Assembly (NCBI GenBank): GCA_963693365.1 | Contig: CAVNZM010000003.1 | Span: 903,506-967,505 of the forward strand | DNA: 64,000 nucleotides | Reading direction: 5' to 3' | DNA from: Amoebidium appalachense | Taxonomy: Eukaryota; Protista; Ichthyosporea | Shown here: positions 39,062 to 51,229 of the stretch, piece by piece | How the letters are laid out: each line of letters begins with the position of its first letter | Numbering within the stretch: position 1 is the stretch's first letter | Notes under the pieces: model-generated | What the model was told of the DNA's origin: nothing | Seen by the model: the letters and a program-made list of their open reading frames with translations, nothing else | Databases searched by the model: none | Made by a program: the position numbers and the translations under genes

Positions 39062-40480
39062 GTCATTACTTTCCTGTATTATCCTTTATGCTACTTCAAG
39101 TTTTATACCCTACCGCTTACACAGGATGTAGGCTGGTGAAAGGTTTAATGGTAGGACGTTCGGTGACGTTTGTACCACGGACCACGGGAACATCTTCCCC
39201 AGGAACAGTATTCAAAACAAAGAACTTTTATATTTTGAGGTGCTAAAAACGTGAGGACCACTTGTTATGGCCGTTGCCCTTCTCAATCTTGGTACGGAAA
39301 TGCACCCATATTATACTGCAAATGTATTGTATTTGACGTGTGTATATCGTACAGGTACTGGTAGTATATTGATAGTACCTCCTACGTAATGATTTGTTCG
39401 CATTCGAACATACTGGCAGTATATACTGAGACTATAACCAATATATGGTGTCCTTAGCTGTGTCCGTATTGGTGACAGTATTATAGATGTATTCGTGACA
39501 TTGCCAATACCACTTGTGCCTTAGATATTCGCAATAGGATAAAAGTTTTCTTGCTATATCATGTTTATGTCCTACTAATATGGATGTGATATGGGTAGGA
39601 TATGATCTACATAATGTCAGTATATGTCCACCCTAATACCACGGTATTAGCAATGTACTGCGCATACAAGGACTACACTCCGAACATGTTTGTTGAACAT
39701 GTGTTGGCAATACATTCACAATATTGCAACTACATAGGTAAAGTGACCTGTTCTTTCATCCCCAATATTGTACCAATATATTGGCAATAAAATACACGCC
39801 CCATATTTTCGGTTGCTTTTACCTATTGATAATAGGTGCATAATAGTCTTGATATTGTGACGGATACATTGGCAATACATTTGGACCGTATTGAGACCCT
39901 ATTATAAGCATATCACAACCCTATAACCAATAGCGACGTTATGTTTGTATCGGCCATATGGGACATATGTGTTGGGTATATTGCCAATAACCCAAAATGG
40001 TCAGGAATAATACATTCATAATATATTGGCAATAGTCTTGCCACGTTGGACAATACCATAATTTGACACAAAATTATCCTACATTTTATATATTCATAAC
40101 TTATTGACAATACTCCGCATTGCGCAATAGTATAATACCGAATAAATACATTGACAATATCGAAATTGTATTGTTAATAGGCACACGTACACGCGTTTTG
40201 AGATATTGCCAGTACATTACTCATACGGTATATAGTTATTGGTGGTAGACCCGGCATGGTATGACAATAATATCAAAATATGTTGCCGATATTACGTCAA
40301 TATTACAGTTCTATTACTGTAACACTTCTATAGCGTCTCTACCACAGAAAATCTCTACTCGCAATACATTGGCAATGGATAATTGATATTACTTCAGTAT
40401 TAATCTGGTATTTTTACGATATTGGCAATAGATAATAGCCTCACAATATTGGCAATACCGCCGGGAAGTTTGCTGATGAG

Positions 40481-41204
40481 GGCAGGGCTGGACACCATCG
40501 AGTTTGTCGACGACGTCGACCGGCTGAGGCTGCTGGTGACCAACCCCAATATCTTGGTGCTCGACGTGGAGCCCATCGGCGAGCAGAGGGTGGCCATCAA
40601 GTACCGGCCCAAGAAGGAGACGGCCCCACCCCCCTCCTACGCCAACATCGCCATCGGCACGTACGTGACGGCCCATGCCCGGCTGCACCTCTACGGGGCC
40701 CTCCGGTCCCTCTCCCCCCAGCAGGTGGTGTACATGGACACCGACTCCATCGTCTACCACTACGACAGCAGGGTGCCCCACCTCAGCCACAACATCGACT
40801 CCACCAACGGGGACTTGCTGGGCAACTGGAAGAACGAGACGTCGACACCCATCGTCGAGTTTGTGGGGGTGGCCCCCAAGACGTATGCCTACCGCACCCA
40901 GGACGGCAAGACCGACGTGAAGGTCAAGGGCATCACCCTGTCCCGCCGGACGGCCGACATGGTGAACCTCCCCAGCCTGCGCATGCTGGTGCACGGCGAG
41001 CTGCCGAGTGTGAGCGTCACCAACCACCGGCTGCTGCGGGAGCCCGTGCCCGGGGTCCCCCACAACTACCACCTGGCCAGCAAGGACCAGCGCAAGACAC
41101 AGTCGGGGGCGTTCGACAAGAGGGGGGTGTTCGAGGCGGCCGACGGCAGTGTACGCAGCTACCCCATCGGGTGGGCGGCACCGGAGGGGGCCCTGCAGTT
41201 TTGA
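40481..41204 (+). CDS. polB: pPolB, 3' part (reconstituted ORF 1861 aa)
   Basis: YVTAHARLHLY, motif C YMDTDSI, LGNWKNE, PKTYAY, KVKGI, FDKR. Joins the 5' part in frame as WGKLVQ-R-AGLDTIEFV. Confidence 0.95.
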
Positions 41205-41677
41205 GTGGGGGGGAGGGGGTAGGGGGGAGGGAGGGGGGTCAGTTAGGAGGTAGTCTAGCAGTGGAAAATTATGTGGTGTGTTTGTTAACTTAGCATTAGA
41301 AGAAAGAAAAATGGGGTGCAGAGTGCACGGGCAGGGGGGTCACCGGCAGAAGATGAAAAAGATGGTGTTTTTAGGCATACACCACGTGCACCGTATGCAC
41401 GAGGGGAGGCAGCCAATAAATTCAGAGCTCAATGCAAAACCAAGCATGTCCAATGTGTCCTTCGGCAAAAGCAACACCAACACCGGAACCATACACGTGT
41501 ACAAGGGCGGGAGGCTTGCCAAAAAGAGCAGGCACCAGCACATATAAAAGGCACACACGTGTGCACAGACACGTCACTTTTTTCCAACACAAAAACAGTC
41601 AACATCACGAATTGGGTGAACTTCGGCGGAAACACACACACACACACACACACACACTGACACGAAAAAAAAAAAAA

Positions 41678-42568
41678 ATGGACGAAGACACGTTGCTAAG
41701 TATGGTGGCCAACACCACGGACCCTGAGAAGCTGCTAGACCTGTGCCCCTTCCTCTACGACATGTACTGCAACACCACCACACAGCCACGGCCACGGCCA
41801 CAGGCACAAGGGTGCTGGTGGGCATACTGCAAGGAGAGGGAGACGTGCACGGGGGAACACGACGAATACGAGCACGACGGAGGGGACCAGGAGTACGTGT
41901 ACGAGGAGGGGGGAGGGAGGGGGGAGGGGGAGGGGGAGGAGGAGGAGGAGGACTGGGTGTACGACGGGAGGGGGTGGGAGGGCAGCGACGGGGAGGGGAG
42001 GAAGACGTATGAGGGGTGCACGGCCTTCTGGGACAGAAAGAGGTCACAGCCATACAGACACATTAACCACTTCAAGCAGCTGCTGCAGTCGGTGCAGGGC
42101 CTGAATGCGAGTATGGGTGACATGCAGGAGGGGGTGGTGGCAGCATTCAGGGGCGTGCAAGGCATACTAGAGAACGCCGACCAGGCAAGGAGGGTGCTGA
42201 GACAGAACAAACTCACCCAACACTACACACGCGTGCCTTACATACTTAACAGGTTGTACGGGCACCCCCTCCCCAGGTTTACGTGCGAGCAGTTGGAGGT
42301 CTTGACGGGCATGTTTAAGTTTTGCTTGTCGTGGCACCGGAGACACAAGGAGGACACACGGAAGAACTTTGTGGGGTACCCCTTCCTGTTGGTGAAAATG
42401 GTAGGGTTACTAAAAGTGCGTGGTATGGACGCGGGAGTAATAGCCAGGCTGGTGCCCACGGTCAAAAGCAAAGTGACTAGAGTAAAGAGCGATAGGGTGT
42501 GGGCACGGCTGGAGAGGGACCTTAAAAACTACCACATGCTAGTGGAACATAACATGTTCTGCCTGTAG
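41678..42568 (+). CDS. VLTF3: VLTF3-like viral late transcription factor (poxvirus A2 family)
   Basis: 296 aa from ATG 41678. YRHINHFKQLLQSVQG, HYTRVPYILNRLYGHPLP, LTGMF and RKNFVGYPFLLVKMVGLL match the Nucleocytoviricota VLTF3 pattern. TATAAAAG at 41543. Confidence 0.82.
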   Translation: MDEDTLLSMVANTTDPEKLLDLCPFLYDMYCNTTTQPRPRPQAQGCWWAYCKERETCTGEHDEYEHDGGDQEYVYEEGGGRGEGEGEEEEEDWVYDGRGWEGSDGEGRKTYEGCTAFWDRKRSQPYRHINHFKQLLQSVQGLNASMGDMQEGVVAAFRGVQGILENADQARRVLRQNKLTQHYTRVPYILNRLYGHPLPRFTCEQLEVLTGMFKFCLSWHRRHKEDTRKNFVGYPFLLVKMVGLLKVRGMDAGVIARLVPTVKSKVTRVKSDRVWARLERDLKNYHMLVEHNMFCL

Positions 42569-42700
42569 GCGGGTAGCCAGGTGCTACCTGCTCTGCATTT
42601 AGAGACAACACTGTGCACAGTAGAATGGGGTTGTGGCAGGCGTGGGGCGGTAGTGGGGGTGTGCCAGCACGTGCCCACACTACCGTCGACCCGCCCAGGT

Positions 42701-42892
42701 TTATTTGAACACCACAGGTGCCGTACGAATGGGTCTGTTGGCGTTGACGCCGGACAGTTTTACGGTGTAGGCCAGGGGACGTTGCCGAAAGTCCCGTATG
42801 GTGGACACGTCCATGACATTCAGGTTGTTGTTCTGTTCCGGGAAGATAAACGGCCTCTTGCGTGTGGGGGGCCCGCCGGGGTTGAGCTCCAT
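42701..42892 (-). CDS. Small viral hypothetical protein (63 aa)
   Basis: ATG start, co-oriented with the structural block, AAATATTGTGTG motif ~35 nt upstream. Confidence 0.55.
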   Translation of the reverse strand: MELNPGGPPTRKRPFIFPEQNNNLNVMDVSTIRDFRQRPLAYTVKLSGVNANRPIRTAPVVFK

Positions 42893-42931
42893 GATGCTGC
42901 TGCAGGCTGTTTACACTAGCACACACAATAT

Positions 42932-43153
42932 TTAAAAGTTCTGGAAGGAGCTCTGGTCGGCGGCCACGGGCCACGGTGTGTAGGTGGGGGGTCTGGGCCG
43001 CATGGTCCCCCCTGGCCCCTCGACGACGTTGCCCGGGCCGTAGAACGGGCGGGTCTGTGGTGCGGGTCGGGCGCGGTAGGGTAGGGGTACGGGGAGGGGT
43101 GCCAGCGGGTGGGGCAAAGCGTGCATGCACATGTGCTCGGTGCTGTGTGCCAT
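42932..43153 (-). CDS. Small Pro-rich viral hypothetical protein (73 aa)
   Basis: ATG start, tightly packed between neighbours. Confidence 0.5.
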   Translation of the reverse strand: MAHSTEHMCMHALPHPLAPLPVPLPYRARPAPQTRPFYGPGNVVEGPGGTMRPRPPTYTPWPVAADQSSFQNF

Positions 43154-43184
43154 GTCTGCCGCCGCTGCTGCCTAATGACGTAGA

Positions 43185-46100
43185 TTATTTGCCGGCACCC
43201 TTCTTCCTCTTGGCCGTGTTCTTCTTCTTCTTCTTCTCCTTGCTGGCTGTCTTGGTACGGTACACCCCACGGGCAGACTTAGGGACCGGGCCGCCCTCGA
43301 CATACCCGGCGGCATGGCTGGCCGGCACAACCCCTGGCCTGTGCACGTGTGCATGCACGTGCGGGTGGTGTGGGTGCCTGGGCATCATGTCCCCCCTCCC
43401 GTAGTTGGCATGATGGTGCACGGCCGCTGCCAGCCCAGGGGTGGCTGTGGGTGAAGGGGCACCGGTGGGGGTGGGCACGGGGAAGCTCGGACCATGTGGC
43501 CACGTGGGGGTGCCTGTGGGGGTGGGGTGAGCAGTAGCCGTGGCTGTTGGCGTGTACGGTAGGCGTGGTACGCCAGTGTTGTTACCTTTGGTAGCAACCT
43601 TCAGCATGTGCAGAGCTACCCCCAATGCTACCTTCTGGAGTTCTTCGAGGGTGTCACGGTTCCCCAACACGGCCTCTTGCAGGTTCGGGCCACCGCCACC
43701 AACACCGCCGTCAGCAATAGCCGGCTGGCCACCGTCACCATGGTGGCCCCTTACCACGTTGCCCAGAAGCTGGCGTGCCGCCCCCATGAACACCCCCCTC
43801 ACGTAGGAGGCCACGGCAGGGTGGTCCCACCCCGTCTGGTCCTCCCTCACCCGCCTTGTGAACTCCTCCGGGCTCTCCCGCCCGAGCATGTCAAGGTGTT
43901 CCCGCAACCCCTGCCAAAAGGGACTCAGCACCCCCTCCTCGTCGGGTCGGGCGGGGGGACGTGGGGGGTCTCCACACGGCGGCAGCACCCCCTGTTTGCG
44001 AGACCGCCCTCTTGGTGCTCGGGTACGTCGTCACGTCACCGTCATAGCCGATGGCTGCTGGGGTGGGGCTGGGCGTGGTGGTGGTGGTGGTGGTGGTGGG
44101 GCCGTCAATACCAAGGGGCAGGTCTGAAAGCTTCCCCCCTCGCACACGGTACTCATACAGGGCCTGCCTCGAGGCCTTGGGCTCTTCCTTCTTGAGTCCC
44201 CAAGCTACGAATTTGATGGCTTGGTACGGGGCGAAACCCTGCAGAGCTTGATAATACTCGGGGTGTTTGTCCAACAACTCTTTCTCAAAGTCCCACATGG
44301 GCTCCTGGAACTCGTAGTTGGCTGGTGCCAGAGCGTTTGCGACGTCCAAGAGCGTGACGTTGGACAAGGGTAGTTTGATTTTCCACACATCCAGCTCGTT
44401 GGTGGGCGTCGGTGTAGGTGTGACTGCGGGGTGGGCCTGGGACTCGGGCGTTGGGGGCGCAGGCACGAGGGGGAAGGCTTCGACCCAAATTTGCAACGGC
44501 CACCCGCCAGACTTTGGCGGCCGTGGGGGTATCATGGCCGGCGGGTCGGGTCCACGGTAGGCAGGAGACTGGGGGTACGGCGTTGGTGCCGGTTGTAGTG
44601 GTGGGGGGAAGGGTATGGCCGGGGCAGTCGGCCTCCGCCGTGGCCCGTTACGACCCATGGGCAGGCCGGTACCGTTCCCTTTGGCGGGCGACTGTGGCGG
44701 GGGTCGAACCGTCTGCGGCGGGAAGGGTATGGGTGGTCCGTCCGGCTTGGCCGGCAGGTGGGGGGCCATGGGGGTCTGTGGGTTGAGCTCCGGGGGGAAG
44801 GGCACGGGGGTGGCCGGTTCTTTGGGGGCCTTCCAATACAAGGACTCTGGCGGGGGTGGGCATGGTGGGACCGGTCATATGGGGTGCCAAGACCCCCACA
44901 TGGAGTGGGGAGGGGCGGTTGGGGTCGTTGCCGGCCAGGGTAACCGGCCGTGGACGTGGCCAGGCACTGGTCGTTGGCTCATCGTCGTCGTCGTCGTCGT
45001 CATCGGGAGGCGTGTGTAGAGGTTGTACCGGGGCTACGGTGGGTCCGTGGGCTACCGCAGGCTCCACAACGTCGACGTGCTTGCGGGCCACCGGCAGTGA
45101 CCCAGGACGGGCTGTGCTGGTCCGTGTCACCGGCAGACCGGTGCCTTTCCCTTTGCCGGGCAGCGTCGACCGGTCTGGCTTGGACGTCGGGAGGGGCCGG
45201 CCCGTCAAGGGGGGAAAGGGTATGGGTGGACCGTTGGGCTTGGCCGGCAGGTGGGGTGCCGTGGGAGTCTGTGGGTCAAGCTCTGGGGGGAAGGCCACGG
45301 GGACACGGGGCGGGGGGAGGCACCTCCCATTTCAGGGACTCTGGCGGGGTGGGCATGGTGGGGCCGGCCACATGGGGCGCCAGGGGCCCGAAGGAGGGTG
45401 CGGGCTCGTTATGGGGCCGGCGGCGTGGTGCGTTTGGGGCAGGGGTTTTGGGCGGTGGAGGTGGTTTGGGAGGTGGGGGGTACGGTATGGCCGGAGCCCG
45501 GCCCGGGGGTGTGGCCGGGACAGGTGGGGGGAGGGGTGGGGTCGGCAGGGGGACCACGTCGGGCAAGGGGGGCGGAGGTGCCCTAGGTCTGTTCCAGACG
45601 TACGTGCTACCGTACTTGTCCTTGAAGTAAGAGTAGTCCGGGTCGTAGGCTATGTCCACCTTAACCACCTCAGGAAGCTTCCCGCCCCACATAGGACCGT
45701 CATTGGGATTTATATGGTCCCAGTCGAACAAGGTGTTAAGGTTACCCTCCCTGACGAGTCTACGGTACAGATGCGGGGTCATACGATTCTCCAAACCCCC
45801 ATGGCGGTCAAGGGCAAGTGCACGCCAACTGTCCAAATGTGCCTCTTCGGGGTATTTACACTGCCAGTCCCGCTATAGGAAAGTAGGTACCTACGAGTGA
45901 CGACCGGGTTACATTATGAACTGGTAGGGCCGGCCGATGGACGATTTTCACCGATTTTTTGTGGAATGTGTTTTGCTTCTGCAGGAATGTTGCCCATGCG
46001 GCGTGCGGTCCTACACTGCACCGATATTCCGGGTCCGATCCGCGGGGAATCGTGGATCGTGAGCCTCGTATGTTTGGGCTGAACCGCACGCACCTGCGGG

Positions 46101-46580
46101 CTAGCACTTGATTGGTTTGGGCCGCACCCAGGAATGCGATCGAGGCACACATCCTTTGATGCTTGAACTGACACGTGCCAGTCGGCAACGATTAGTGCAG
46201 GTGAATGTGCGTGACCAAGAGCAAGCACGCCAGGAGTCTAAGTTTCGCGCACGCTACCGTAGTCAAACTGCGTGCGCCGCTCTGTCAACTTTGTCATTGC
46301 AACAGAGGTTGTAACATAGAGTCATTATTTCCTTTACGACCAGGTCATCTGCCGGGGAGAACTTCCTTTCCTTTGTCATAAGTCCACTCCTGTTGTTCTC
46401 GAAGTTCATATCGTTTGTTAGTTATATACAAGACGTGGTGTGTTTTTTTTGACACCCTTTTTTAAGCACTCTACTTCTGCGTTCAATTCGAACCGTGCTA
46501 CCATCTATGTTTTTCAATTAAAATGGCGGCGAAACATTCTGGACGTGTGCACTCCTTGCCACAACAGGCAGGTTAGTTTT

Positions 46581-46672
<92 letters not shown>

Positions 46673-47541
46673 CGCCCCTACTCTGAAGTCCGCAGCCTCC
46701 TTCCCTTCCTCTTCGCCTCTCCACCCTCTTCCTGCCCTCGCTCTGTACTGGCACGCCTGCAAGGCCAGTGTTTGATTTTCGTTTAGGACTGCTGTTCATC
46801 TTTTCTCTTCACTGACTCCTTTCCTTTTTTTTTTCAACACATGGCTTTCATTCTTGCATCGGGAAGGACTCTTTTTATGGTGTTTGTGTTTGTGTATGCA
46901 TGTATTCGAGCCCATACAGGTATTTTCAGGCCAGTGAGTTTTGCACTTTGGACATGCCTCTCCTTTGCATGCATTCATGGCTTTATAATGAAACGATAAT
47001 AATGTGTACCCAAGCCTTGCCTAAACATTCATGCACGTCTTAATACCATACGTTATCCATAGAAATACATGCTAATTTTTTCTTACTTTACTACACACAC
47101 TATCACTCACACGTACACACACACACACACACACACACCAAAAACACGCCACTCTACACCTGTGTGCACCGTGCCTGTGTCAGTGGGTGGCTGTGATGCT
47201 TTAAAGTTGAAGGGCAGCTTGGTAGCCGGGCGGTAGAGAATGGTGTGTGCCCGTGTGTGTTGTGTTAGTAGGGGATGGGAGGGAAAGGGACGGACGGGAA
47301 GAGGTGGGGAGGGGGGGGGGGGGGGGAGGGAGGGGGGTGGTACTGGTGTAAGTGGGTGCGGGCGGGGGGGGGGGGGGGGGGAGTGCTTCGTTATTGTGGC
47401 ATATATGTGTTTGCAGTATCTTTTTGTGTGTGTTTGTTTATTTTTGTAGAAGATGATGTAGGTGTTTGTCCGTACACGTATGCACATGTTTGTAGTCGTT
47501 CAAATGACACACAGTCACATGTAAACACGCACACACACACA

Positions 47542-47606
<65 letters not shown>

Positions 47607-47852
47607 CCATCCATCCATCTGTTGTGCCCCCTTTTGCATGTTTCCTACATCCCCTTCTCGATCCAGGCCCCTTCTTTTTCTAACCTTTTCCTCCTTCTCT
47701 TCCTGCTTCCCTTTCTTCTTCTCTTATTCTTGCCCTTTCACCTTCTCCCCCCCCCCCCCCGGTTCCCGACCAGATAAAACAACCCCCCCCCCCCCCCCCC
47801 CACACACCCACACACATACACATACACATACACACTATCTCCCTTTCCTTCT

Positions 47853-47916
<64 letters not shown>

Positions 47917-47977
47917 CTCTCTCTTTCTCTCCCTCTCCCTCTCCTCTCTCTTCTCCTTTCTCGTCTCGATCTCCCCC

Positions 47978-48008
<31 letters not shown>

Positions 48009-48559
48009 CTCTCTCTGTCTCTCTCGCTTCTCCCCCTCTCGCTCTCCCCCCCTCCCCCTCCCCCCCCCCCCCCCCCCAACTCTAAATCACATACACACAC
48101 ATACACGTAAGCTCAAACTGTGTTGTTCCCGTGCAAGTACATAGAATATTGTGTTAGTGATAGCTGTTTATGAACGTGTATACATTAAGCTGTGTTGTCT
48201 CGTGCAAGACTCAAGGTGACAACATATTATCATTTTCTTAGAAGTACCTCCAAAGAATCCGGAAAGTGCAAAGTAGGTGCTCTGCTGTGTTAACATATTA
48301 GTATTCTCCATCTCATAGTTCATAGTTGTAACATTTAGATGCCATATAATAGTACTTCGTTGTAACGTTAACATTTAGATATTTATGCTCCTCTTGTGTT
48401 CATGTGCCTGGGCTACGTGAAAAGTGGCACGCATGAGCTGCGTCGGTGACATCGAACTGAATAAATACTGTCGTCACAATAAACGGTTTGGAGGCCTATA
48501 CGAGGATCCTGGTGCACGTGCACGTGTGGGGGTGGGTGGGTGGGTGGGGGGAGGGGGGG

Positions 48560-48597
<38 letters not shown>

Positions 48598-49032
48598 GGG
48601 GAAGGTCGGTGCCTATTTTTATCGGTTCAGAATCGGGGGGCGTTGGGCGACGGGTAAGGTCGGTGCCTGTTTTGATCGGTGCAGAGTCTGTGGTCGCGTG
48701 CGCGCGTGTGTGCGCACGTTCGATCGAGGAATGCATTCCTGTGCGCTGTGATGATGAGTCACGGCCAAGAATGCATTCCCGGAATACGGCGGCGCGCGCG
48801 CGCACCATCCCGTAGAAAAAAGAGTCAGAACGACATCGTCGATCGGCCGGCACGACTTTATACCCATGTAGTAGTGATCACAGTCGTGCTTTGTAGGGCA
48901 CGATTTTCTAATGCAGGGATTTGCAGTGTTATAGCTGACACGGTACTTGCCCACGGGGTACATCCACGGCAGTTCGGTGTCCAAGTCATCAGTGTGCCCA
49001 CGCTGCTGCACGTTGGGGGACATGGTGGGCAC
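43185..49032 (-). pseudogene. Large Pro-rich viral protein (~923 aa reconstructed) broken by a CACTG element and three 1-nt frameshifts
   Basis: 49032-48932 joins 45858 in frame (YRVSY-K-YPEEAHLDSW). Apparent extra bases in runs at ~45312-45317, 44852-44856 and 43988-43992. Internal duplicated module GPTMPTPPESLxW..FPPELxPQTPxAPHLPAKPxGPPIPFPP; Lys-rich C-terminus. Confidence 0.7.
45859..48928. mobile_element. Non-autonomous CACTA/EnSpm-superfamily element (CACTG...CAGTG), 3070 bp
   Basis: Imperfect TIR CACTGCcAgTCCC / CACTGCaAaTCCC; 3-bp TSD TTA (45856-45858, 48929-48931); subterminal inverted match GCCGGCCGAT(G/C)GACGAT; microsatellite-rich interior. Confidence 0.85.
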
Positions 49033-49056
49033 GGTGCTGTTGTTAGGTGGTGTTTA

Positions 49057-49434
49057 TTATTTCGCAGCGTACTGCGCCATGGGTTGCCGGGCAAAGCTGC
49101 CCTGGGGGTCACTGCTGTGCCCCACCCTCACGGGTGTAAAGTCGACATAGTAGGACTTGCCGTTGAGGGGGAGCCCCCTGCTGCCCAGACCGCTCCTGCC
49201 GGGCATGGAGGGCACGTGGTTGTCGGTGGGCAGGTTGTTGAAGGTCGGCAGCCGGCTGAAGGGCACACCGTACACGCCGGCCTGGAAGGCGGCGTCCGTG
49301 TGCCGTGCCCGGTAGGGGGCCGCGTAGGCAGCCTCGTACTCGGCCTCGGGTGCCAGCTTGTAGCCGTACACGGCCGCCTGCGTGGGTGTGGGCGCCAGTG
49401 GAATACCGTTGACGTTGGCCATGGCCGCGTTCAT
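49057..49434 (-). CDS. Viral hypothetical protein (125 aa), downstream of MCP
   Basis: ATG 49434 (MNAAMANV), viral-like GC3 codon usage, AAATTGTGTG motif upstream. Confidence 0.65.
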   Translation of the reverse strand: MNAAMANVNGIPLAPTPTQAAVYGYKLAPEAEYEAAYAAPYRARHTDAAFQAGVYGVPFSRLPTFNNLPTDNHVPSMPGRSGLGSRGLPLNGKSYYVDFTPVRVGHSSDPQGSFARQPMAQYAAK

Positions 49435-49477
49435 ACTTGCTAGGTGGCCCACACAATTTGCACCTTTGAGTTCAAAG

Positions 49478-51216
49478 TTAAGCCTCCACCGTCACCTCAC
49501 GGGCACCGGACAGCACCAGCACGTTCTCGTGGTGCACGAAGGTGTCGAGGGTCAGGTCGTCCTGAACCGTGGGTTCCCCGACCCCGGCGGAGAACTTTTC
49601 CATGTTCAGATGCAGCAGAATGGGGGTGGCGTCGGAGCTGGTGTCGAGCCCAGAGTACAGGTCACGGTCCCTCTCGAGGTCCAGGGGGATCATGAACTGC
49701 TTGTCGGGCCAGGACGTGGAGTTGTACATGCAATCGGCCGTGACGTCACCCAAGAAGTAGAGGGCCTTAGCCAGCTCGGCCCATGCCTCGGCGCAGTTGT
49801 TCTTCGACACACGAATTTCGTCGAGGGGCTTCTGGTAGGGGCCTATCTTGATCTGGTAGCTCGTTATGTTGCTGCGTTCCGACCTAAACGACTCGTAGCC
49901 GGCTTGGGCCCACGTGTTGCCGTTACGAACGAGGGAGAGCAGGGACTTGACGTTTCTCCCCCGGAACGAAATGTGCAGGTCGGCAGGGCTGCCCCCCTTG
50001 ACGTAGCTCTGGAAGTGGGTGAACGTGCTGTAGGGAATGTACACGTTCTTCTCCATCAAGGCCTTTTCGAAGCCGGCCGTGTAGACGGCGTTCCACTCGA
50101 TGATTTCGCAGTGGAGGACGGGGTTGATGATCTCGTAGGCGACGTCCTTGAGCCAATTCTCGTTCTCGGTGGGCACGTACAACACTTGGTTTGCCTCACC
50201 CAACGACAGCTCGATCTGCACCTCCCCCATGTACGACAGCGGGAGGTACCGGCCGGACCGCATGAGGCCGAGCTTGAGCTGGTGAATGTAGGTGAAACCG
50301 TCGGTGGCGTCGATTTGGGCCTGGATGTTGGCCTGGTGGGGAGGCCACTTGGCGGCGCGGGCGGTGTAGTCGAGGAAGCGGTCGGCAGGAATGCCGTCCT
50401 TGCCCGGCAGCTTGTCGCATCGGGGGCAAACAGGGCCTCGTCGGGCAAGGGGTCCGTCCCCCTCGCCTTCTCGATGCCAAAGAGCTTTTTGAGGGGGTCG
50501 GGGTTGAAGCACGAGTACTGGGCGGCCGTGGTGGTGTTCCACTTGTCCGCATACTCCCAGTCGGCGTCCTGCGGGCTGTACGTCCCGTGCATGCGGCCGG
50601 CGGGGCTGTTGCCGTAGTCGGCCGACGACAGGAACCGTTCCAGGTTGATCATCAGGTGGTTGTAGCCTGAAATGTCCTCGACGGTGGTGCCGTTGATGGA
50701 CACACGGGCCCGTTCAAACGGTGCGGCCGAGGAGCAGAGGTGGCCCCCCATCATGGCCATCCCCTCCAGGTTGCGGACCTTGAGGGGGAAAATGTCGGTT
50801 GCCACCGCGTTGTTGTTGAGGGTGTTGCTGGCCAACGTCTCGCTCTGGGGCACGGTGGTGCCCTCGTAGTCCCTTATGGTGGTGTCGATCTCGAGGGGGT
50901 GGGCCAGCTGACCGGGGAGGGGGAACCTGCGCAGCCTCTCCACCTTCACGCCCACGTACTCGGGGGCGTTGGGCACGTTGGCCTTGAACTGGAACGTCAT
51001 GTAGGAGTTGAGACAGTCCAGGAAGCCCACGGCCGGCAGGGAGAACCGAATCACGTGCTGCCCCTTTGAGCTGTACGTCGAGCCGGTCACCGGGTAGGTC
51101 TTGACCGTCGACCGGCGGTTGATGTGGCTGAGCTCCACGGGCGAGTACGTGCCGGCGTCCGTCAGCTTGTGGTAGGCCATGTTGAGGGGCACGGAGGCGT
51201 CGTAGGGGGCTGCCAT
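49478..51216 (-). CDS. Major capsid protein (double jelly-roll, PLV-type), ~579 aa with one frameshift
   Basis: IRFSLP..FLD..SY.TF, FER.RV..NG..VEDI..YN.L, YLPL..MG.V.IEL.L, SYQIKIG, EAWAELAKA, FMIPLDLE..SGLDT. Two overlapping frames are joined by one missing base, probably in the G-run 50422-50426. Adjacent to the packaging ATPase. Confidence 0.85.
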
Positions 51217-51229
51217 GTTGGTGGTGTGT

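Larger units (their letters stand above)
30545..40478. mobile_element. Non-autonomous TIR DNA transposon (EnSpm/CMC-like), 9934 bp, inserted in polB
   Basis: TIR CATCAGCAAACTTCCCGG(AA/CG)GTATTGCCAA at both ends (28/30 match); 2-bp TSD AG (30543-30544, 40479-40480); AT-rich arms with many TATTGCCAA/TTGGCAATA subterminal repeats; no transposase seen. Superfamily is inferred. Confidence 0.88.

Noticed and set aside
30545-40478. Insertion in polB as an intron or intein
   Set aside because: No frame-restoring GT donor at the boundary and no continuous ORF; TIRs and a TSD indicate a DNA transposon.
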